From positions 1 to 64,000 of the IMG/VR virus record IMGVR_UViG_3300031760_004865: a stretch of 64,000 bases of DNA; one strand, 5' to 3'. The translations under genes were made by a program, and so were the position numbers. Shown piece after piece: positions 1 through 9,250 of this stretch (positions are counted from its first letter, which is position 1; each line of letters starts with the position of its first letter). Below the pieces are notes generated by a model, which was not told where the DNA came from, searched no databases, and saw only the letters and a program-made list of their open reading frames with translations. Source of the stretch: a virus. Its lineage: Duplodnaviria > Caudoviricetes.

Positions 1-1610
1 CCCGCGCTCGCGCCATCAATCCAACGGCCACCGAACCTCAAAACGCGCGAAGCATAGAGATTGCCGTAATCCGCCCAATGAGTTGATGAACTACCACCAA
101 ATACAACTGGCATAAAACCTGCTTGAGAAGTTCCAGCAACTTTTGTAATCCATCCACTACTATCTGCTTCTAATCCAGAAGCCAAAGTATTTGTTGTAGA
201 TTCTGAATCTTCTCCAGAATAATCATTCCAAGAAGTTATAATACTTCTATCTGCATCTGTTGTTAAACCATCAACCCATTCCCAAATATTGCCCCAAAAA
301 TCTTCAATTCCAAATAATTTTATATGAGCTTTATTATTTGAAGAGCCATAATTCATTCCAGTAGCAAAAGTAGAATTTGCTGATGTTAAATCACTTGCTG
401 TAAAAACACCATCATCTGCGGCAACATTATATCCAGTAACATATGATAAGTTTGAAGTTGAATCATCTGTTACTCCTACGACACCTTGACCTAACGCTTC
501 TTGTCCATTTCTATTTCCATATTTAATTAAATATAAACATTGAATAGCTTTTAATTGAGCATATGTAGATTGTTGATAATGATCTCCATTATTTTGAGCA
601 TAAGTTCTAAATTCTCCAATATTTTTATTTGAAGTTGGTTGATGTCCGGGAAGACTTCTTAATTTATTGTCTCCATCTACATATCCTTTAAAAGCTCCAT
701 GATAAAATCTATCTAAATCGCCCCATGATTCTCTACTAAAAGCATCATAACTCCAAACTCCACCTTCTGTTTGAGTTTCTAAAGTGTTCATATCAATACC
801 TGAATATTCTTTATTAGTAACAGAAATATATAAATAATGATCTTCTCTATAAATTTTATATGCGAAACGACGGAATTCTATCATAACATCTCCGTCTTCT
901 CCAGTTAAATCAGCGTTATCTGTAGAACCATATTTTTTAGTAAAATCATTAGGATTTAAATAATATTCAACTTTACCATTTTTAAACATACAAGGTCTAA
1001 TATCTTCAAAAATCGGCATAGTATCCCAATCAGCAGAACCTTTTGTCATTTCAGCAGCATCATCTAAATATGTACAAGCAGTTAAAGGATTGCTGTTATT
1101 TTCATCTATTCTTAAAGTATAAGTTAATAATGTAGTATATCGAGCATCTATATCATAAGCTCGAGCTTCCATTACTGAAACATTTCTATCACTTTTTACT
1201 CTTGGGTCATCATAAGTAATATTATATAATCCAAATCTATCCACTGGTAAATTAATAAAACCACTGGAAGAAGAGCTTCCTTGTACTGAATAATCAGTAT
1301 CTTTTAAAGTAGCAGTTGCTACTATTCCTTGATGGGCCGGAGTAATTTGAATTTGAATTGTTGCTTTCATTGCCCTATATACAAAAGACGTAGTTGCTAT
1401 CTGATTATTCATTGTCCCTTGCGGCGCTGTTGGTGCTTGAGGGATTCCTGTTAATATAGGAGAGTTTAAATCAGCTTTAGTATCTACGATATCTTGTATT
1501 TCCTCCTTATCATAATAATTATTTAATTCATCAGGTTGAACGGCAGTATTTGCTTTGCCTAATAAAGAATCTACACTCTCTCCAGTGTATGATAATTTAA
1601 AATCAGCCAT
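1..1610 (-). CDS. Tail fibre/receptor-binding protein, partial (runs off window left edge); C-terminal FGE/C-lectin-like domain
   Basis: Open frame from ATG at 1610 (MADFKLSYTGESVDSLLGKA...) to position 1, missed by the ORF track; fibre-type N-terminal block SPILTGIPQAPTAPQGTMNNQIATTSFV; GIEDFWGNIWEWVDG and FGGRWIDGASAG motifs. Confidence 0.7.
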   Translation of the reverse strand, partial: MADFKLSYTGESVDSLLGKANTAVQPDELNNYYDKEEIQDIVDTKADLNSPILTGIPQAPTAPQGTMNNQIATTSFVYRAMKATIQIQITPAHQGIVATATLKDTDYSVQGSSSSSGFINLPVDRFGLYNITYDDPRVKSDRNVSVMEARAYDIDARYTTLLTYTLRIDENNSNPLTACTYLDDAAEMTKGSADWDTMPIFEDIRPCMFKNGKVEYYLNPNDFTKKYGSTDNADLTGEDGDVMIEFRRFAYKIYREDHYLYISVTNKEYSGIDMNTLETQTEGGVWSYDAFSRESWGDLDRFYHGAFKGYVDGDNKLRSLPGHQPTSNKNIGEFRTYAQNNGDHYQQSTYAQLKAIQCLYLIKYGNRNGQEALGQGVVGVTDDSTSNLSYVTGYNVAADDGVFTASDLTSANSTFATGMNYGSSNNKAHIKLFGIEDFWGNIWEWVDGLTTDADRSIITSWNDYSGEDSESTTNTLASGLEADSSGWITKVAGTSQAGFMPVVFGGSSSTHWADYGNLYASRVLRFGGRWIDGASA

Positions 1611-1629
1611 TTTTTATTTTCCTCCTTTA

Positions 1630-2091
1630 TTATGTTGTGACTACTGGAACTTGTAAATTATAATTATCATCTGATACTAATTGTTTTGAATCAGATGAAA
1701 TTAATAAATATTCATAATTCCATTCTCCTTCATCATTTTGAAGATATAAACCTATTCGATATTGACCATCGCCATCTTTAAAAGAATTTGAATTAATAGT
1801 GAAAGTAAAATTAGTATTAGCATTTCTATCTGCTAATTCATATAACTTTATTCCAGTAGGAGAGGAGCCTTGTATATCAACTAAAATATCATTTATAAAT
1901 CCATAATCTTTACCATCTTTTACTGCGGTGGCATAAAATTTTTGGAAATGAACGGAAGAAGAAAAAGTGATTGATATATTAGAACAGTCTACTGTTTTAC
2001 CAGTATTATCAACGTAGGTTTTACCTGATAATTTTTGATATATATTATTAGTGCCCCAATTAATATTATAAGTTAAAATAGGTTGAGCCAT
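1630..2091 (-). CDS. Hypothetical virion-associated protein
   Basis: 153 aa ORF with GGAGG SD; loosely resembles the C-terminal domain of the upstream 843 aa protein. Confidence 0.55.
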   Translation of the reverse strand: MAQPILTYNINWGTNNIYQKLSGKTYVDNTGKTVDCSNISITFSSSVHFQKFYATAVKDGKDYGFINDILVDIQGSSPTGIKLYELADRNANTNFTFTINSNSFKDGDGQYRIGLYLQNDEGEWNYEYLLISSDSKQLVSDDNYNLQVPVVTT

Positions 2092-2154
2092 TCCTTTTCC
2101 TCCTCATATAAAAAATTGGGGGAAATTATTTCCCCCAAAAAAAAATAGTTATTA

Positions 2155-4686
2155 TCAAGTTAATACGTGTACAGCAGACCATGTACCAGCGAGATCCTTA
2201 CCGTAAACGATAATTTCATAAACACCATCAGTATCATTGACAGCAGATGTAGCTGCGAAGTCAGCACCCATAATAATAGATGTTATATCTGTATCAGCAG
2301 CAGTAGAACCACCGCTCATGTTCTGAGAACCACCAGTTGTACCGATTGCTATTGCATCAGCAGCTTGTTGACCAACTTCATTGACACAAACTTTGAATGC
2401 TTGAAGATCTTCATTAGCACTCCAAGTAAATGTAACCATATCGTTATACTTACCACTAATTTCAGAAGCATCAACAGCTGAACGTCTAATTGTATGTTGT
2501 TTAGAAATGATACTATAATCAGGAGTTGCTACAGTAATTACAGGAGGAGCACTATCATAAATTGTAGAAGCACTAACTGGTGAAGATGTGTTACCTGCGG
2601 CATCCTTGAAAACTACGTAAATAGTCTTTGTACCATCAGTTGTTGTATCAAGGGTTCCTGCGATAGCTTTATAGCTTACGCCAGCATCAGGAGCATAATC
2701 TACGAATTCACTCATTGCGCCTGTGAAGTCACCATATAACTTATATTGTACAGGTGTAGGAGCAGTTTCATCTGTAGGAGCGATATGAGCAACAAATCCA
2801 CCAACATTTACATGAGCTGGAAGTGTTGTAGCATCATCACTCTTCCAAAGTGTGATTGTACCAGTAGGTTCGTCTTGGTCGAGGTTGATTGTATTAGAAA
2901 CAAACGCGCCTCCGATATTACCAGCAACATCCTTTAACTTAACGCTAACAGTATAAGCACCATCAACTGCGGTAAGTGTTAAGGATTTAGAAGCTGCGAA
3001 ATCTTCCCATACTGAAGGTTCAACAGTACCAGTCTCCCAAACTTTCATTTTGTCAAGACCAGAAATGGCAAGATCATTCTTAGCATCAGAAGCGTTAATA
3101 GTTACAGTGATAGAAGCTGTGTTAGTATATTGAGGACCACTAACTGTTGCTGTTGGAGCAGTTATGTCAACTACAAATTCAGTACTATCAACAGCAGTCA
3201 TAATGTTATTTACGCTATCCTTTAATACTAAGTGAGCAACGTGAGAACCTTCAGCTACGTTTGTGAATGTGTAAGTACCAGCTGAGAAGTTCTCAAATGT
3301 AGCAGGCATACCTGCATCAAGGAATACCTTCATTCCATCAAGAACAGCACCACCAGTATCAGAACCAGCAACAGTAACTGTTACAGTTTGAGTACCATAA
3401 ATAGCATCAGCTGTAATTGTTCCAGTAGGAGCAGTTAAGTCAACTGTTACTGTCTGAGCAGTAGATGTTCCAGTGTTACCTGCGATATCAGTTACTTCTG
3501 CTGTGAAGCTCTTTGTGCCTTGACCTGCGGAAATAGCAACCATTTCAGCTTCGGTAATATCAATATCATTACCATCATATGTACCAGACTTAATAACTGT
3601 GCTACCAAGTTTGATTTCATATGTCATACCCTGAGCGCTGTTTGTATCAGTTGCTGTTAAGCTGAATGTAGCTGTATCAAATCCACTCTGAGCAGAAATA
3701 ACACTTGGGCTAACTGTAAGTGTTACATTAGGAGCAGTTGTATCAAGAGTAACTGTAAGACCTTCAGATTCTGTTACGTTACCAGCGATATCCTGAACCT
3801 TTACGTGGATAGTCTTAAGACCATCACCACTTGAAAGTGTTTGGCTGCCTACAAAATAACCAACGCCAGCTACTTCTGTTGCGTTAGAAATAGCAGTCCA
3901 ATTAGTAGGTTCAGAATTTCCTTCCCAAACTTTGTAAGATACGATATCTGTATCTTCTGTGTTAATTCTTACACCATAAGATGAGTAATTTACAAACGCA
4001 GGAAGATTAACACTATCATCAGCTTTACGAAGAACTGGTGTAATATCAGCAGCTGTTGTATCAAGAACGATAACATCAGAAACCTGTGCTGAAGAGTTGT
4101 TTGCGAAGTCAATAGCAACTGCTGTTACAGTCTTATTTCCATCAGTGCCGTTCTGAGCTGCACCAGTAAAAGTAACTGTGAAATCTTTATATCCAGCAGT
4201 TCTATCAGCAGCATCCAAAGTATAAGTAATAGCTTCAGCTGCAGCAATATCGCCACCAAGAGTAATCTTTTCAACGCCAGAAGTAGCGTCTGTGAAAGAA
4301 ACTCTAACAGTGTTTTCAGTTACGCGAGTATAACCATCACCATTGTTGATTGAAACTGCTGTTACTGTTGGAGCAACTGTATCATATACGAAACTTCCAC
4401 TATCAACAACACTACTAATGTTACCAACTTCATCCATAAAAATTGCATGGAAATAATTAGTTCCTTGATTAGCAGGTGTTAATGTTTTGGAAACTGCATA
4501 TGGTTCCCAAGTAATAGATGCAGGAGCAGTACCAGTAGCATTCTGATCTACCCATACATACATAAAGGAAGCGCCACTAGCAGAAATAGTTACTGTTGGG
4601 GCAACTTTATAATACGCTTGAAGACCACTAGCTGAACCCGAACTTGGAGCAGTAGTGTCTAAAGTCAGATTAAAATATTGAGACAT
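2155..4686 (-). CDS. Ig-like (Big) repeat virion surface protein
   Basis: 843 aa, beta-rich, about 7 repeats ending D(T/L/I)TAP/DTVAP with D.AGN turns; AGGAG SD. Confidence 0.75.
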   Translation of the reverse strand: MSQYFNLTLDTTAPSSGSASGLQAYYKVAPTVTISASGASFMYVWVDQNATGTAPASITWEPYAVSKTLTPANQGTNYFHAIFMDEVGNISSVVDSGSFVYDTVAPTVTAVSINNGDGYTRVTENTVRVSFTDATSGVEKITLGGDIAAAEAITYTLDAADRTAGYKDFTVTFTGAAQNGTDGNKTVTAVAIDFANNSSAQVSDVIVLDTTAADITPVLRKADDSVNLPAFVNYSSYGVRINTEDTDIVSYKVWEGNSEPTNWTAISNATEVAGVGYFVGSQTLSSGDGLKTIHVKVQDIAGNVTESEGLTVTLDTTAPNVTLTVSPSVISAQSGFDTATFSLTATDTNSAQGMTYEIKLGSTVIKSGTYDGNDIDITEAEMVAISAGQGTKSFTAEVTDIAGNTGTSTAQTVTVDLTAPTGTITADAIYGTQTVTVTVAGSDTGGAVLDGMKVFLDAGMPATFENFSAGTYTFTNVAEGSHVAHLVLKDSVNNIMTAVDSTEFVVDITAPTATVSGPQYTNTASITVTINASDAKNDLAISGLDKMKVWETGTVEPSVWEDFAASKSLTLTAVDGAYTVSVKLKDVAGNIGGAFVSNTINLDQDEPTGTITLWKSDDATTLPAHVNVGGFVAHIAPTDETAPTPVQYKLYGDFTGAMSEFVDYAPDAGVSYKAIAGTLDTTTDGTKTIYVVFKDAAGNTSSPVSASTIYDSAPPVITVATPDYSIISKQHTIRRSAVDASEISGKYNDMVTFTWSANEDLQAFKVCVNEVGQQAADAIAIGTTGGSQNMSGGSTAADTDITSIIMGADFAATSAVNDTDGVYEIIVYGKDLAGTWSAVHVLT

Positions 4687-4722
4687 AATATTATTTTCTC
4701 CTTTTCTTTAGTTTTTTATTCT

Positions 4723-4941
4723 TTAATCTATAATTCTTCTTCCTGATTCATAGAATATTAAGAACCAAGGTCTTTGTTGTGGTTCTTTTCTATCATATAA
4801 TAAAATTCCATCCTCATATTTATAAGTATAAATTTTGCCATCTGTTTCCCAAGTTTTTTCTCTTAAATCTCCTTGGATAATTTTATCTATTCTATTAGGA
4901 TGTCCTTCAATTAATCTTTTATCAAGAGGCATCATAAGCAT
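4723..4941 (-). CDS. Hypothetical protein
   Basis: 72 aa ORF with GGAGG SD, co-oriented in the operon. Confidence 0.5.
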   Translation of the reverse strand: MLMMPLDKRLIEGHPNRIDKIIQGDLREKTWETDGKIYTYKYEDGILLYDRKEPQQRPWFLIFYESGRRIID

Positions 4942-4955
4942 AATAAAATACCTCC

Positions 4956-5333
4956 TTATTCATGAAGAATAATATAGATTCCAGACGGATTAATTGTTTC
5001 TAAATTATTATATTCTTCCATTGACCCAGACCAAATTTTACCTATAGTTTCATTTCTGGCTTGAATTGCTTGTGCCGCATAATTACCTGCGACAATGGCT
5101 GATTGACTAGCGCGCTGTTCAGCATCAGACATTTTTTCAAGCATATTATCTGTATAAGTATCTGTAATAGAAAGAGTTCCATCATCAGCTACTGTTAAGC
5201 CAATTCCAGGTTTAATAATGCCCGCCTTTTGTGCTGTGGCAATAGAATTTTTACATAATTCAATTTGAAGATTAAGGTAATTTATAATTTCCTCTAATCC
5301 TTCTATATCTAAATATTCTTTTACTTTAGCCAT
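4956..5333 (-). CDS. Hypothetical tail-associated protein
   Basis: 125 aa; N-terminal YLDIEGL motif shared with the neighbouring gene (YLDEDGV); AGIIKPGIGLTVADDGTLSI fibre-type repeat. Confidence 0.55.
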   Translation of the reverse strand: MAKVKEYLDIEGLEEIINYLNLQIELCKNSIATAQKAGIIKPGIGLTVADDGTLSITDTYTDNMLEKMSDAEQRASQSAIVAGNYAAQAIQARNETIGKIWSGSMEEYNNLETINPSGIYIILHE

Positions 5334-5356
5334 AAAATAATGTCAAACTCCTTTCT

Positions 5357-6661
5357 TTAGCGATTATCAGTTATTGAACTTCCATCACCAAGAATTTGAA
5401 GATCGCCATCAGTACCAACAAGTAAAGCACCAGAAGCAATGTTTAATGACATATTACCTGATTCTGGATAATTGGCTGATTTATCGTAAACTACGGCATA
5501 TGGTCCAACAGTAACATTACTATCACCAACTTTACCTATGACCCCAGTAGTACCATTAGCAGTAATCTTAGCGCCATCGTTGATAACAACATTACCAGCA
5601 CGCTGAACGATACCAGCACCAGTAGAAACGATTTCACCACCATTAATTGTCAAGGAACCTGCGTTTGGCCAATAAATAGCAGCTGCGATATATCCAGCAG
5701 ATTGAATACGACCTTCAATAATACCATCATTAATTGTAACATTAGCAGATTGTCCTGCATTACCATTACCGCCAATAGCAAAATTATCAATACCAATTAA
5801 ATGACCGCCGTTAATAACTGCTGATCCGCCGCCAGTAGTAAGAACAGGAACTTCTTGTGCTTTAATAATTCCATCATTTACGACAACTGATGATCCTACA
5901 CCATTTACAGAAATAGCGCAATCAGTAGAGTCAATATCAGTACCATCAACGGTTAATGAACCACCATTAGCGATTACGACTGATCTAGCACCAGATACTT
6001 TACCGCCCTTAAGTGTTAATTTTCCCTGAACGACTAATGTTTGAGCATTTTCACCTGATAACTCCTTGTCATTTAAGTTAAGTGTAACAGTCTTGCCGGC
6101 CGGAATAAAAAGAACGGTTTCAGTAGTAAGGTCTTCGGCAAGAGCAATTTCAACTTCTGCCTAATCATTTGCAAGCATATCTTTAATTCCAGCTTCATCT
6201 TTAACAACTGAAAATTTTCCTCCGTAAAGAATACTTCTTATTGTTTCTTCTGGAATTGACTTGATATTTTCATTAAGAGCATATGGCTCAAGATCTATAA
6301 AAGCACCAAGATTATCCCATTCTATGCCAGTCCATCCAAAATTCATTCCAGTATCTTCTACGTTATAAACATCACCAATTTCTGGATTTTGAATATTAAC
6401 AAGAGCTGCTTCATTAGCGACTGAACCTTTAAAATGATATGTAGTTGCTACTTGTTGTTTTAAGACAGTAATTTCATCATCAAATTCTTCTCTTAAATTT
6501 TCTATTTCTTCTTTTGAAGTATAATTATTTTGAATTTCATTTTTTGTTACAAAATTAGAAGATTGTGTTTTATCAATTTTTAAATTAAGTCCATTATTAA
6601 TATAATTTAATAATATTCTAACACCATCTTCATCTAAATAAATTTTATTAACTTCAGCCAT
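5357..6661 (-). CDS. Beta-helix (tailspike/adhesin-like) protein, 434 aa under code 15
   Basis: ORF-track pieces 6161-6661 and 5357-5653 are one frame broken only by a single TAG at 6161-6163; Gly-rich repeats LTINGG/VVINDG. Confidence 0.75.
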
Positions 6662-7169
6662 TATTTAATCCCTCCGCAATTATTTCATTAAGTCTTTCGA
6701 CAGAAATACTTTCTACTTCTGGTTTTATAATTAAATCTCCTTCAATTGGCATTCCATTAATAGTAGGTTTATTTGTTAAGTCATCGTAATTAATAGAAGG
6801 TTGCGCTGAAATATTTGTATCTATTTCACCAATAAACCAATTTCCATTTTCTCCAATATGAGGAGATATACCATTTTCGCCACGGAGACTTTCAAGCCAT
6901 TCGACTTCTGTTCCAACAAAACCATTATTAACAGCAATCTAATAAGCAGAATCACCATCACGACCGTTTCCACTATTATTATTATTATGCTTTGGAATCC
7001 AATTACCCTTACTATTAAGAATAAATTCTTCACCTGAAGTTAAAATAGTTGCTGTACTTCCTGGAGCACATCCATTACAAGGAAGATTTTCTTTATCTTC
7101 TGGAGTATCACATATGAAGTCTTGTATTCCATAAGTAATTTTTCCTTGATTAGAAACGATAGAAATCAT
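6654..7169 (-). CDS. Virion protein with GDSAY[Q]IAVNNGFVGTEVEWLESLRG motif, 171 aa under code 15
   Basis: TAG at 6939-6941 sits at the Q/E position of the common phage SAY(Q/E)IAV..GF.GT..EWL.SL.G motif; frame ends at TGA overlapping the next ATG. Confidence 0.75.
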
Positions 7170-7757
7170 TTACGAAATACCTCCTTTATTTTCATTCTCG
7201 TATAAATATAAAAACTATTTTATATTGTTTTACTAACTTTGCCCTAATTTTATTCAAAATTTTGAAGAGTCATTTTTGATTTTGGGTTGTCGGAGGTGCC
7301 GCCCCTGGCCGGCCGTGCGAATTGCTTTTCCGAACGGAAAAAAAATGAATAAAAAAATAGCCCCTATAAATCTCATAATCTGCTATCTTAAGCCCTCCAC
7401 TGGCGGTTACATTTATTGCCCCAGTGCGTCAACACCTCCAAGGGAAGCAGAATATTTGATTTATAAAGACTATTTTTTCGGTCATCCCAGAAACCATTAT
7501 CTCTTCTTTAAAACCGGACTTACTTCCTAAGTCCTAGGATGCCATGTGCTTATTTAGGTGAGAGAAACCTTTTTGTAATATAGTAATTTTGTAGAGTAAG
7601 CTACAAGAAAGTTTCGGACTTTCAACCGCCAGAATAGTGTGAGTATATCTCCAAAGTTCCACGGAACACTCTTTAAACGATGGCGCCGCTTTATTCAAGC
7701 AACATCCTAATCTGGATTTAATCATATGCGCTATATAGTTTCTATGTATATAGCGAG

Positions 7758-8617
7758 CTGGGGTAGATGGAATCGGACCATCCCGGCGGGAGTTTGCACA
7801 AACTCTCCCATGAATTAAATCTTTAGCCAATCTTCATCAGATATTTTTTTGATGTCATCTTTTTTGCGAGGAAGAGAATAACTATCACACCATTTCCTAA
7901 TAGCATTATCAGTTCTTCCATATAATTCTCCTATTTTTGTGAAAGGTAATTCTCTAATTAATTTTTTTAATTCTTCACGAGTTGGTTTATCCTCAGGATG
8001 AATAGATTTTTTATAACAATCCCAACATTTTATTGCTTGTGAAGTTATTGGTTTTCCACATTCGATGCATTTATTAACTTTTTCAAGCATTTTTTCTTTT
8101 CTTTTAGGAGACTCTATTGTAATATAATTATCTAATATAGATTCATCAATCATTCCTAGAATTTTATCTATTTCATAATCTTTGCCATATATAGCATTTA
8201 GATTATTACTTGAATAAGTATCAGGTTCTCCTAATCGAATAAATTTATTTTTATTAGTTTCAGTACATAATTCAATAGGAATTAAATATCCTTTATTTTC
8301 CCAATGAGTATAAAAGAAATCAATTTGACCTATATAATTATGAAATTCACTTTGATTCCAATTATGAGTTACTACAGTAAAAGAAATTCTATTATTAGTT
8401 TCTGGATGAGCAGTTTTACACTGAATCCTATATAATTTATCTTTTATTTCTGCAATAAAATCATAACGACTTGATGGATTTGTTGGCTGTGATAAAACTA
8501 TTCCCCTTTCGCAAAACTGCATCTGACACCAAAGTTCTGTTAACTGACCTAACTGATTTGAAATATTCATTTCGCGTTTCAGCAAAGTCCCGTGCCCTAC
8601 CACTAGGCTATACCCCA
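7758..8617 (-). tRNA. tRNA-Gln(UUG), interrupted at 36/37 by a 789 nt insert (7794-8582)
   Basis: 5' half tggggtatagcctagtggtagggcacgggactttg (8617-8583); 3' half actcccgccgggatggtccgattccatctaccccag (7793-7758); acceptor and anticodon stems pair fully. Confidence 0.9.
7815..8570 (-). CDS. PD-(D/E)XK homing endonuclease (I-Ssp6803I/PDDEXK_5-like) with Zn-ribbon and HTH, inside tRNA-Gln
   Basis: GQLTELWC...SSRYDFIAEIKDKLYRIQCKT...IDFFY motif; CIECGK...KCWDC; ATG 12 nt inside the insert. Confidence 0.8.
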   Translation of the reverse strand: MNISNQLGQLTELWCQMQFCERGIVLSQPTNPSSRYDFIAEIKDKLYRIQCKTAHPETNNRISFTVVTHNWNQSEFHNYIGQIDFFYTHWENKGYLIPIELCTETNKNKFIRLGEPDTYSSNNLNAIYGKDYEIDKILGMIDESILDNYITIESPKRKEKMLEKVNKCIECGKPITSQAIKCWDCYKKSIHPEDKPTREELKKLIRELPFTKIGELYGRTDNAIRKWCDSYSLPRKKDDIKKISDEDWLKI

Positions 8618-8624
8618 TTATAAC

Positions 8625-8739
8625 AAGACACTTTCAAAAATATTGATCTACCATTTGATCTACATTTGCTATTGGCGCAAAAGATGGGAATCGAACCCAC
8701 AACACTTATCTTGAAAGATAAAATTGCTGTTTGTGTCTT
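8625..8739 (-). ncRNA. Circularly permuted tRNA-like RNA A (T arm first, acceptor closed by loop, then D arm)
   Basis: gtgggttcgattcccat-cttttgc-GCCA-ata-gcaaatg-ta-gatcaaatggtagatc; ends aagacac/gtgtctt pair; ACAGCAA bulge. Confidence 0.7.
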
Positions 8740-8742
8740 AAA

Positions 8743-8821
8743 CGGCTTTGGTAGGAGTCGAACCATACACCTCCCAAAAACAACTGGGCGTACTTCCGGT
8801 TTAAACATATACTACAAAGCC
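8743..8821 (-). pseudogene. Degenerate tRNA (Asn-like)
   Basis: Perfect acceptor ggctttg/caaagcc and ttcgact T loop, but the anticodon loop is not 7 nt and the T stem has an extra base. Confidence 0.5.
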
Positions 8822-8829
8822 AAAATACT

Positions 8830-8945
8830 AAACACTATATAACTCACCGGCCGCGCTGCCGTTGCGCCACGTCCCCATGAATGGGGACGACAAGACTCGA
8901 ACTTGTAACCTGCTGGTCCCATGAGAGTAATTGCTGTTAGTGTTT
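8830..8945 (-). ncRNA. Circularly permuted tRNA-like RNA B
   Basis: acaagttcgagtcttgt-cgtcccc-a-ttcat-ggggacg-tg-gcgcaacggcagcgc-g-gccgg; ends aaacacta/tagtgttt pair; ACAGCAA bulge. Confidence 0.75.
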
Positions 8946-8948
8946 AAA

Positions 8949-9084
8949 TCGGAGTGGCGAGATTCGAACTCGCGGCCTCGTGATCATCCAGTTGGAAGTG
9001 CTGGCCTTCCTTTACACTTTATGTATAAAATAACCGTATAACTGGCCCAAATCACGCGCTCTAGCCAAACTGAGCCACACCCCG
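8949..9084 (-). tRNA. tRNA-Pro(UGG) with a 61 nt ORF-less anticodon-loop insert (8986-9046)
   Basis: cggggtgtggctcagtttggctagagcgcgtgatttgg | insert | gatcacgaggccgcgagttcgaatctcgccactccga. Confidence 0.9.
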
Positions 9085-9104
9085 ATAACAAGGGACTTCT
9101 ATTG

Positions 9105-9176
9105 TGGGAAAAATCGGAATTGAACCGATATCTTAAACTTAAAAGGTTTATGCCTGAACCATTAGGCTATTTTCTC
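9105..9176 (-). tRNA. tRNA-Lys(UUU), enclosed by an ACAGCAA-bulged stem (9090-9206)
   Basis: taaac-ct-ttt-aa-gttta anticodon arm; atcgg-ttcaatt-ccgat T arm. Confidence 0.85.
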
Positions 9177-9250
9177 TATTAGAAAGAATTTTGCTGTATG
9201 TCCCTTTATCTTATAAATATATTATATCATATTTTTTTTTGAAAATCAAG

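Noticed and set aside
7790-8590. Alternative Gln junction one base earlier, giving a UUA suppressor anticodon
   Set aside because: Formally possible but it would also read UAA, the main stop codon here, and it breaks the shared 36/37 geometry
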